From Bacteroidia bacterium (GTDB lineage: Bacteria; Bacteroidota; Bacteroidia; UKL13-3), in NCBI GenBank assembly GCA_044370475.1, contig JBILVK010000001.1, positions 53,969-117,968 on the forward strand: a stretch of 64,000 nt of DNA, in the 5' to 3' direction. Under the pieces are notes generated by a model that was not told where the DNA came from, did not search any database, and worked only from the letters and a program-made list of their open reading frames with translations. The position numbers were made by a program, and so were the translations under genes. Shown here in pieces: positions 1 to 8,088 of the stretch; position 1 is the first letter of the stretch; the number at the start of each line of letters is the position of its first letter.

Positions 1-78
1 AGACATCGTCTTATTAGAAATTTTAAAGCAGAAGCTGAAGGCATAAGTACTGAAAAAATTATTGAGAGCTTCTTATAA
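1..78 (+). CDS. 3' end of MoxR-family AAA+ ATPase (partial; not in ORF track)
   Basis: Frame 1 reads RHRLIRNFKAEAEGISTEKIIESFL*, matching the typical MoxR C-terminus (RHR..NF.AEAEG). Confidence 0.75.
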   Translation, partial: RHRLIRNFKAEAEGISTEKIIESFL

Positions 79-84
79 AGCGAC

Positions 85-1461
85 TTAACTTTTCTCGTTT
101 TTTTCTCTCCAGAGTTGATTAAAAGATTTATCCGCAATCTTTGGAAACTCCCTGTTATCGCCCCAATCCGACTTATAAAACTGTTTAAAAGTGAAATTCT
201 TTAAGGCCGCTGGCCTGTTCATAGCCTTCCTGCTTAACATGAGTTTTTTCCAGGTATACCATGCAAGTTTTTCACCTGTCTTTTCCAATCCTTGTGTAAT
301 ATTCTCATGCCTGTTCCTAAGTAGGTGATTATGCAGGTCTATTTTAACCGGACAAACATCTGAACATTTGCCGCAATTTGTAGAGGCATTGCTGAGGTAA
401 TTGTAATGGCTAAACCCTTGCTGTAAGGGAGCAACTACTTGGCCAATAGGGCCGCCTCTATAACTCTGATAATTCTCATCGCCACCCACAATTTTAAAAA
501 TGGGACACACATTGCTGCATGCGCCACAATCAATGCAACTTAAAGCCTGACGCTGGTCTTGGGTCGCTAAGAGGTTGGATCGGCCATTATCTACCAAAAT
601 TACAATGAACTCATTTGGCCCCTCTGTATCCTCTCTGTAAATTGGTCCAGTAACGGTATTATAGGTTGCTAATTGTTGCCCAGTAGCATGAGTAGAATAC
701 AAGCTAAAGAATAATTCTAAGTCGCTCAAATTGGGCAAAATTTTATCTATAGACGAAATAACAACTTGCGTTTTTGCAAATGAAAAACTGAGTCTTGAGT
801 TACCTCCATTTTCAATGATTGCCACCGAACCAACATCTGCAATTAAAAAGTTAGCACCTGTTATTCCAATATCTGCTTCATAAAAATCTGAACGAACCTC
901 TGCCCGCATATCACTTACCAATTCATTTTGATCTGCATCTAAAGACGACTTAATACTTTTATTTAAAGATTGCCCAATATCGCCAAGTTTTTGGCTTAAT
1001 GAAGGTGCTAAGGGATGGTAGCTTTTTGCGCCAAGTAAATCAACTAGGTAATCACCAAAATCTGTTTCTACTACCTTTGCTCCAGCCGCGCGCAGATGTT
1101 TTGTTAATCCAATTTCATCAAAAATTTCGGCCCTGCTTTTTACTATATTTTTTGCGTTGGTTCGTTTTATAATTGCATCCACCTCGGCCAAAGCATTCTG
1201 AGCATCGTAAGCCCAAACAACCTTTCCACCACGTCTTATAACCGATGCTTCAAAATCAACCAAATATTTATCTAGGTTCTCAGAAACTTTCCATTTGGTA
1301 TAGGCAGCCCTTTGCTTGGCAAGTTCCAAATTAGAAAATTCGGAAATACCCCTCTCCCTCATACCAGACATTTCAATTAGGGCAAGTTCCATCTTTTGCC
1401 TAAAATCTTTGTCTGCAATTTTTTTCTCTGCTTCCTTAATAAATTTTTCTTGTGCTTGCAT
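85..1461 (-). CDS. lutB: LutB/LldF-like lactate utilization Fe-S protein (LUD domain + ferredoxin), divergent
   Basis: ADIGITGANF, DNGRS, CIDCGACSNVCP and ASTNCGKCSDVCPVKI motifs. Confidence 0.8.
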   Translation of the reverse strand: MQAQEKFIKEAEKKIADKDFRQKMELALIEMSGMRERGISEFSNLELAKQRAAYTKWKVSENLDKYLVDFEASVIRRGGKVVWAYDAQNALAEVDAIIKRTNAKNIVKSRAEIFDEIGLTKHLRAAGAKVVETDFGDYLVDLLGAKSYHPLAPSLSQKLGDIGQSLNKSIKSSLDADQNELVSDMRAEVRSDFYEADIGITGANFLIADVGSVAIIENGGNSRLSFSFAKTQVVISSIDKILPNLSDLELFFSLYSTHATGQQLATYNTVTGPIYREDTEGPNEFIVILVDNGRSNLLATQDQRQALSCIDCGACSNVCPIFKIVGGDENYQSYRGGPIGQVVAPLQQGFSHYNYLSNASTNCGKCSDVCPVKIDLHNHLLRNRHENITQGLEKTGEKLAWYTWKKLMLSRKAMNRPAALKNFTFKQFYKSDWGDNREFPKIADKSFNQLWREKNEKS

Positions 1462-1532
1462 GAGGCCTTACTGGCTTATTAAGTTTACTACATCTCCAAA
1501 ATTAATCAATTATTCATCATTCGCAACTAGCT

Positions 1533-2375
1533 TCAAACTCCGAGCAAAATATTGTCTATTAGGCGCGTTTTGCCTAGACGCACAGCTATTAACGCAACTG
1601 CATTCGGTTCGAACCGAACCATTTTTTTCAAAGAGCTTTCATGACACACACTTATATACTCTATTATAAAGGAGCTGCCGTCAAGAAATTCTTCTGCCTG
1701 TTTTATTCCTTTTTCCCAATTCTCTGGCGTCCAATTTTGCTCAATTAGCTGCAAAGACTGGTGAATCATAGGGGCTAATTTGCGCTCCTCATCTGTTAAC
1801 CTTACGTTCCTACTGCTCATAGCCAAGCCATCTTGTTCACGCGCTATTGGACATAAATTGAATTTGATTTGAGGAAAATTTCTACCTATTAACTCCTTTA
1901 CCACCAAACATTGCTGGTAATCTTTTTGCCCAAAGAAAACCTCGTGGGGACAAACAATTGAAAAGAATTTTCGCAAAATGGTTACCACGCCATCAAAATG
2001 CCCTGGTCTGCTATGGCCTTCCAAGACATGCACAAAATCTCCATAATCATCAGAGGAGTCCTTTTGAAAATCTGAGCCATAGATATCCTCCACCCCAGGA
2101 TGAAAAACCACATCACATGATTCTTCTAACAATAACTTCATATCCTCCTCAATGGTTCTTGGATAAGTAGCTAAATCTGATGCTTGATTAAATTGGGTGG
2201 GATTTACAAAAATACTGCAAACCACTAAATCGCATTTTTCCTTGGCAAATTTCACTAAAGAAATATGTCCAGCATGCAAAGCACCCATGGTTGGAACGAA
2301 TCCGATTCGCTTTCCTTCGGCTATTTTTTGCAGAATATAGGAATGTAGGTCGACTGACTGTTGAATGAAAATCAC
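1533..2375 (-). CDS. panC: pantoate--beta-alanine ligase
   Basis: GFVPTMGALHAGH, SIFVNPTQF, RPGHFDGV, FGQKDYQQ, GLAMSSRN, RLIDN. Confidence 0.98.
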   Translation of the reverse strand: MIFIQQSVDLHSYILQKIAEGKRIGFVPTMGALHAGHISLVKFAKEKCDLVVCSIFVNPTQFNQASDLATYPRTIEEDMKLLLEESCDVVFHPGVEDIYGSDFQKDSSDDYGDFVHVLEGHSRPGHFDGVVTILRKFFSIVCPHEVFFGQKDYQQCLVVKELIGRNFPQIKFNLCPIAREQDGLAMSSRNVRLTDEERKLAPMIHQSLQLIEQNWTPENWEKGIKQAEEFLDGSSFIIEYISVCHESSLKKMVRFEPNAVALIAVRLGKTRLIDNILLGV

Positions 2376-2456
2376 TTTATTCTTTGGTTTTCAGTGGTAT
2401 AGGATATATCGTGGCTTAATTGGGGCAAATATTAAGAAATTTATTAACAATTTCCG

Positions 2457-2464
2457 TAACTTTG
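2457..2464 (+). promoter_or_regulatory. Bacteroidota sigma70 -7 element
   Basis: TAACTTTG matches TAnnTTTG, 25 nt upstream of ATG 2490. Confidence 0.6.
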
Positions 2465-2489
2465 CATACTTTTTTTAACCTAAGTGAGT

Positions 2490-3308
2490 ATGACAAAAAA
2501 GAGAGTTCTGTTCATTTCTTCTGAAATGACTCCTTTCCTGAAAGTAAGTAGTGTAGGTGAACTGGCAAGAATGTTGCCACAAGCTATCCAAGAGAAAGAC
2601 AACGAAATAAGGGTATTAATGCCAAGATTTGGTTGTATTAACGAGAGACGCAATAGGTTACATGAAGTTGTAAGACTGAGCGGGATAAACATTACCATCG
2701 ACGACAATGATAATCCATTGACTATCAAAGTAGCTTCTTTACCTGAGGCGAAAATGCAGGTATATTTTCTCGATAATGAGGATTATTTTCATCGAAAATT
2801 TGTTTACACAGATGAAAACAATGCCTTTTATGGAGATAATGACGAAAGAACAATTTTCTTTTGTAAGGGCGCCATTGAAACCGTAAAAAAATTAGGATGG
2901 CAACCAGATATCATTCATTGTCAGGGTTGGATGACAAGTTTAATCCCATTATATCTTAAAACCATATACAAAGATGAGCCTGTTTTTCGTTTAGCCAAAG
3001 TGGTGTTTTCTGTGTTTGAAAACCAATTTGACGAAAATATGGGAAAAGAATTTGGTAGAAAGGCAAGTTTAAACGCTATAGACAACAAACAGGTTTCTTC
3101 ATTGGCTAACGCCACTTGTTCAGATTTGTATATGTCGGGTATTACACATGCAGATGCATTGGTTAAAGCTAGTAATGAAATTGATCCAGAAGTTACTAAA
3201 TTTATGAAAAAGCAAAAGGGCAAACCTGTCATAGAGCATTCCGAAAATGAAGACAATATTGATGCTTATATAGATTTATATGACACTTTGCTACAGCGCC
3301 AAAACTAG
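2490..3308 (+). CDS. glycogen/starch synthase N-terminal (GT5) single-domain protein, Bacteroidota type
   Basis: VLFISSEMTPF, RVLMPRFG, VYFLDNEDYF, DNDER.IFFCKG, PDIIHCQGW; divergent from panC. Confidence 0.85.
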   Translation: MTKKRVLFISSEMTPFLKVSSVGELARMLPQAIQEKDNEIRVLMPRFGCINERRNRLHEVVRLSGINITIDDNDNPLTIKVASLPEAKMQVYFLDNEDYFHRKFVYTDENNAFYGDNDERTIFFCKGAIETVKKLGWQPDIIHCQGWMTSLIPLYLKTIYKDEPVFRLAKVVFSVFENQFDENMGKEFGRKASLNAIDNKQVSSLANATCSDLYMSGITHADALVKASNEIDPEVTKFMKKQKGKPVIEHSENEDNIDAYIDLYDTLLQRQN

Positions 3309-4650
3309 GAATTTTTTCCTTCTTACTTTTCTCATTTTGGGGCTGTTTTCTTGTAAAAAAGATACAGAATCAGTTGGTGCATCTTTTGTTGGTTCGAGAA
3401 ACCAATTTAATACCAATTTTTCAGATTCAATTATTGAGTTAAAGGCTTATTCGGTTCAAATGGACTCAATAGTTACCTCCAAACTTACAGCCATGGCTAT
3501 TGGAAAAATAAATGATCCAGCATTTGGTGTTACCAATGCTTCATTAATTACCCAATATGCCCTTCCAGGCAATGAATTCTCTTGGGGTGGTGCTACAAAA
3601 CTAGACTCTGCTGTTTTACAATTGCGATTTAGAAGCTCAATAAAATCTGATGGAACCGCTTTAGAAGATTACTATGGCAATAAAGATTTGGTTCATCACC
3701 TTAAAGTATACCTTTTAAAAGAAAGTATATCTGTTGATTCATCTTATTACTCCACAAGAAAGTACCTCAGTGATGGCGTTGAAATGGGCTCATTTGTTGG
3801 AAAATTTAATTTTACCGACTCTGTAAAAATCAAACTTGGAACAGAATCGGTGATTATTCCGCCACACATCAGAATACCTATGAACAATACCTTTAGAGAG
3901 CTTTTGTTTAATGGAGAGAAAAATGGAAACTTTACTTCAGACGCAAAATTTAAGGAGAGCTATAAAGGTCTCGTTATTGTAGATGAAACACCTTTATCAT
4001 CGGGCGAAGGTGCAATTGTGTATGTAAAATTAACCTCTGATGTTACTGCACTTACTGCCTATTATAAAGATTCACTCGCTGCAGATTTTCCTATCTTTGG
4101 CGGCCTTAGAGGCAGTGAGGCTTCCTATAATTATTATGAGCATAGCAATGTGCCCGCCTCTCTTCTTCAAAGCGCATTCACTGGAAATCACAGAGACACG
4201 GCTTATATTCAGCCGCTCACTGGCAGCAAGCTTAGAATTGAACTACCTAACCTTTATGAAATTTTCAATAATCCTAAGATAGCTATAAACGGAGCAAAAA
4301 TTGTTTTCACTCCATTGCCTGGTTCATTTAATACAACCTATACCTTGCCTGCTAGCATGTCCTTGGTTGGTTCAGACTCACTTGGAAGAAATGTCTTTTT
4401 AAAAGACCAATTTACAGAATCTGGAAATTACTATGGTGGGCTATTGCAGAGCAATAATCAATACCAATTTAACATTGTTCGTCACCTACAATATTTATTG
4501 GATGAGCAAAAAAAAGGATATAATTATAATTACGGGATGAACCTAATTATTAGGGCAGACGATCCCGTTACGGCGCAAAGAGCCATCCTTGATACGCGTA
4601 AAAATGCTGGTACATTTAAACTAAAATTAACCTATACGGTTATTAAATAG
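3280..4650 (+). CDS. DUF4270-family lipoprotein
   Basis: Lipobox LFSC; GKINDPAFG; C-terminal KLKLTYT; position between GT5 gene and glmS. Confidence 0.75.
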   Translation: MTLCYSAKTRNFFLLTFLILGLFSCKKDTESVGASFVGSRNQFNTNFSDSIIELKAYSVQMDSIVTSKLTAMAIGKINDPAFGVTNASLITQYALPGNEFSWGGATKLDSAVLQLRFRSSIKSDGTALEDYYGNKDLVHHLKVYLLKESISVDSSYYSTRKYLSDGVEMGSFVGKFNFTDSVKIKLGTESVIIPPHIRIPMNNTFRELLFNGEKNGNFTSDAKFKESYKGLVIVDETPLSSGEGAIVYVKLTSDVTALTAYYKDSLAADFPIFGGLRGSEASYNYYEHSNVPASLLQSAFTGNHRDTAYIQPLTGSKLRIELPNLYEIFNNPKIAINGAKIVFTPLPGSFNTTYTLPASMSLVGSDSLGRNVFLKDQFTESGNYYGGLLQSNNQYQFNIVRHLQYLLDEQKKGYNYNYGMNLIIRADDPVTAQRAILDTRKNAGTFKLKLTYTVIK

Positions 4651-4657
4651 AAAACAA

Positions 4658-5677
4658 GTGATAATCTTCTTTCAACCCAATACTACAAATACGCAAAAAG
4701 CAGAATTGCAATTGCACCTTAAACAATCAGGATTTGATTCGCAATTGGTTCAGCAAACAGGAATTTGTATTGTGCCTAGTTTACATGATAATGCTATCCT
4801 AGAAAAATTTTCTTTTATCAGCCATTCGCAATCGATTGAAACAAACTACCAATTGGCTTCTTTGGCTTATAAAAAAGAAACTAATTTTCAGGTAAATGAA
4901 AACCTAGTAGGAACAAATTTCATCAATATCATTGCGGGTCCATGTAGTGTTGAAACAGAAGAACAAATATTTACTACAGCAGCATTATTAGCAAAACATC
5001 ATATACCTTTTATTAGAGGTGGAGCTTACAAACCAAGAACCTCGCCCTATTCTTTTAGGGGCTTAGGAAAGGATGGACTAAAACTACTTCAACAAGCGGC
5101 TAAACAATATAACCTTAGCGTGGTTACAGAATTGATGGACCTAAGTTTGCTTGAAGAGGTTCAGCAATACACCGATATCATTCAAATTGGCAGCAGAAAT
5201 ATGGCTAACTTCTATTTGTTAAGCGAATTGGGTAAAATTAATACCCCAATCATGCTTAAAAGAGGAATGCAGGCCAAGGTGCAAGAATGGCTTCTTGCCG
5301 CAGATTACATTATGTGCGGTGGTAACGAAAAAATAATTTTGTGCGAACGCGGTATCAGAAGCTTCGATCCACTAAGCAGAAATGTAATGGATGTGGGTGT
5401 TATCCCACTCATTCAATCGCTCAGTCATTTGCCAATTCTGGCCGATCCAAGCCATGGCACTGGAGAGGCTAAATTTGTTAATCCGCTAGCCAAAGCAAGC
5501 TTGGTGGCAGGGGCTAACGGACTCATGATAGAAATTCATCCTAATCCCAAAAAGGCGCTTTCAGATTCTAGACAAGCTTTAAGTTTTGATGAGTTCGAAA
5601 CCTTGATATCCGACATAGAAGCCCTTAAACCTGCCATCCAAAAACCCATTAACGCCACTTACTCAGTGGCACTATAA
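4658..5677 (+). CDS. aroF: DAHP synthase (type I-beta) with N-terminal regulatory extension
   Basis: IAGPCSVE, RGGAYKPRTSPYSFRGLG, QIGSRNM, LKRG, LCERGIR, DPSHGTG, EIHPNP..ALSD. Confidence 0.93.
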   Translation: MIIFFQPNTTNTQKAELQLHLKQSGFDSQLVQQTGICIVPSLHDNAILEKFSFISHSQSIETNYQLASLAYKKETNFQVNENLVGTNFINIIAGPCSVETEEQIFTTAALLAKHHIPFIRGGAYKPRTSPYSFRGLGKDGLKLLQQAAKQYNLSVVTELMDLSLLEEVQQYTDIIQIGSRNMANFYLLSELGKINTPIMLKRGMQAKVQEWLLAADYIMCGGNEKIILCERGIRSFDPLSRNVMDVGVIPLIQSLSHLPILADPSHGTGEAKFVNPLAKASLVAGANGLMIEIHPNPKKALSDSRQALSFDEFETLISDIEALKPAIQKPINATYSVAL

Positions 5678-5695
5678 TTTTATCTTAATTTCCTT

Positions 5696-5703
5696 TACTT
5701 TTG
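5696..5703 (+). promoter_or_regulatory. -7 promoter element of glmS (very short leader)
   Basis: TACTTTTG ends 7 nt before the glmS ATG. Confidence 0.6.
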
Positions 5704-5710
5704 TATCTAT

Positions 5711-7552
5711 ATGTGTGGAATAGTTGCTTATATCGGTCATAGAGATGCGTGCCCGATCATTTTAAAAGGTTTAAAACGCTTAGAATATCGTGGTTACGAT
5801 AGCGCAGGCGTTGCGTTGCTTGATGGTAATAAGGAGATGAAAGTCTACAAGAAAACCGGAAAGGTGAGTGACCTAGAAAAAGAAATTGGAGATAGAGATA
5901 CCTCTGCATTTACAGGAATGGGACACACGCGTTGGGCAACCCACGGCGAACCAAATGATAGAAATGCACACCCGCATTTATCTGGAGATGGACAGTTTGC
6001 AATTATCCATAATGGAATCATTGAGAATTATTCTTCTTTAAAAGAAATGCTCATTGGTAGAGGTCATCAATTTAAGAGCGAAACCGATACCGAAGTTCTG
6101 ATTCATCTTATCGAAGAAGTTTATAAAAATAATTCGGTAAAATTTGAAGAAGCTGTTCGTATGGCATTAACCCAAGTGGTTGGAGCCTATGCAATCGTTA
6201 TCCTTTCAAAAAATGACCCTAACTACCTTATTGGAGCCAAAAAAGGTAGTCCAATGGTAATTGGTATTGGAGAAAATGAACACTTCATTGCAAGTGATGC
6301 AACACCTATAGTTGAATATACCCGCAATGTGGTTTACATACAAGATGGAGAAATTGCCATTATTGAAGGCAGCAACCTTACCATCAAAACCATTGATAAT
6401 TCTATTAAAACTCCCTATATCCAAGAAATTGAATTCAACCTCGAGAACATCGAAAAAGGTGGATACGAGCATTTCATGTTGAAGGAGATTTTTGAACAAC
6501 CAAGGAGTATCATGGATTCTTTTAGAGGAAGAATTCACCTGCCAGATGCAAGAATTACCATGGCTGGTATTGATATGTTTGAGGACAAAATCAAAAACCT
6601 AGATAGAATCGTAATTATTGGATGCGGAACTTCTTGGCATGCAGGTTTAGTTGGAGAATATTTGTTCGAAGACATTGCCCGTATTCCTTGTGAAGTTGAA
6701 TATGCATCAGAATTTAGATACCGTAATCCAGTTGTAAGAGAAAGTGATTTTGTTATTGCTATTTCGCAATCAGGAGAAACCGCAGATACTTTAGCAGCAC
6801 TAGAATTAGCTAAGAAAAAAGGTGCAACCATTTTTGGAATTTGTAATGTAGTTGGTGCTAGTATCCCAAGATTTACGGATGCTGGAGCATACACACATGC
6901 GGGTCCAGAAATTGGAGTTGCTTCAACAAAAGCCTTTACGGCACAAGTAACAGCGCTTATTTTGATGGCCTTATCTATGGCTCAGAAAAAGGGCACCATC
7001 ACCAGTACCAGACTTCATGAGTTATTAAGTGAAATTGAAACCATACCTGGAAAAATTGAACAGGTATTAAAAACAGATGCCCAAATTCAAGTTATAGCTG
7101 CCGAATTAAAAGATTCTAGAAATGCACTTTATCTAGGAAGAGGTTATGGATTTCCTATCGCATTAGAAGGTGCATTAAAATTGAAAGAAATTTCATACAT
7201 CCATGCAGAAGGATATCCTGCTGCAGAAATGAAGCATGGTCCTATTGCCTTAATTGATGAAGAAATGCCTGTAATAGTAATTGCTACTCAGCACAGCAAT
7301 TACGAAAAAGTAATCAGCAATATTCAAGAAGTAAAAGCAAGAAAAGGAAGAGTAATTGCAATTGCCACAGAAGGTGATACACATGTAAAAACAATGGCCG
7401 ACCATGTTATTTACATTCCTAATTGTGAAGAGGCTTTATTGCCTTTAATTGCAACCATTCCATTACAATTACTTTCTTATCACATTGCGGTTTTAAGAGG
7501 CTGTAATGTAGACCAACCGCGCAATTTAGCTAAATCGGTTACGGTAGAATAA
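5711..7552 (+). CDS. glmS: glutamine--fructose-6-phosphate transaminase
   Basis: MCGIV, LEYRGYDSAG, GHTRWATHG, SQSGETADT, VASTKAF, PRNLAKSVTVE. Confidence 0.99.
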   Translation: MCGIVAYIGHRDACPIILKGLKRLEYRGYDSAGVALLDGNKEMKVYKKTGKVSDLEKEIGDRDTSAFTGMGHTRWATHGEPNDRNAHPHLSGDGQFAIIHNGIIENYSSLKEMLIGRGHQFKSETDTEVLIHLIEEVYKNNSVKFEEAVRMALTQVVGAYAIVILSKNDPNYLIGAKKGSPMVIGIGENEHFIASDATPIVEYTRNVVYIQDGEIAIIEGSNLTIKTIDNSIKTPYIQEIEFNLENIEKGGYEHFMLKEIFEQPRSIMDSFRGRIHLPDARITMAGIDMFEDKIKNLDRIVIIGCGTSWHAGLVGEYLFEDIARIPCEVEYASEFRYRNPVVRESDFVIAISQSGETADTLAALELAKKKGATIFGICNVVGASIPRFTDAGAYTHAGPEIGVASTKAFTAQVTALILMALSMAQKKGTITSTRLHELLSEIETIPGKIEQVLKTDAQIQVIAAELKDSRNALYLGRGYGFPIALEGALKLKEISYIHAEGYPAAEMKHGPIALIDEEMPVIVIATQHSNYEKVISNIQEVKARKGRVIAIATEGDTHVKTMADHVIYIPNCEEALLPLIATIPLQLLSYHIAVLRGCNVDQPRNLAKSVTVE

Positions 7553-7579
7553 ATACATTCTATCATTAGAATATTCATT

Positions 7580-7620
7580 AAAAAAGTCCACTTACTTATA
7601 GGTAAGTGGACTTTTTTTTT
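7580..7620 (+). terminator. intrinsic terminator after glmS (bidirectional-type)
   Basis: AAAAAAGTCCACTTAC-TTATAG-GTAAGTGGAC-T9. Confidence 0.85.
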
Positions 7621-7657
7621 GCGTTACAAAGTAAAATAAAAGCGAATAGGTAACCAT

Positions 7658-7699
7658 AAAAAAAAGGCTGCTCCTTTATAATAAAAGAGCAGCCTTTTT
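7658..7699 (-). terminator. intrinsic terminator for the minus-strand LruC/hypothetical unit
   Basis: A8-GGCTGCTC...GAGCAGCC-T5 hairpin. Confidence 0.8.
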
Positions 7700-7715
7700 A
7701 GAAATAAATATCTAG

Positions 7716-8036
7716 TTAGTTAGAATGAAAATCTGCACTGTAAATGCAGTTTAGTGGAATTTTAAGTCCGCTCTTCGTAACCACAAAACCATTATCAATT
7801 GATAAGACAGTCGACTCAATTCTGAATAAATTTTGCGCAGCCTTTACAATAATAGAGGTGCTAAATTTTTCACTTCTCGCCAATGAAATTGCCTTATCTA
7901 AATTGGTTCTTCTTACACGAATATCCTCTTCTCTAATCAAAACATCTTCCGAATCAAATTGGAGTTTTGATATTTCTTCGTTGGTACTTATAGGAATATT
8001 CCTAAAGTTCGATAACGTGTATTTATTGCTTTGCAT
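7716..8036 (-). CDS. small conserved Bacteroidota hypothetical protein
   Basis: 106 aa ORF between LruC gene and terminator; L.F..EDVL...L..A..L...IP...I pattern resembles a Bacteroidota hypothetical family. Confidence 0.65.
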   Translation of the reverse strand: MQSNKYTLSNFRNIPISTNEEISKLQFDSEDVLIREEDIRVRRTNLDKAISLARSEKFSTSIIVKAAQNLFRIESTVLSIDNGFVVTKSGLKIPLNCIYSADFHSN

Positions 8037-8088
8037 AATAATTTAATTAAGGTACATATGAAGTTCAAATAATACCTCAAATCTACCT

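Noticed and set aside
5678-5710. glmS ribozyme
   Set aside because: Only 33 nt of intergenic space, containing a promoter element; no room for the RNA
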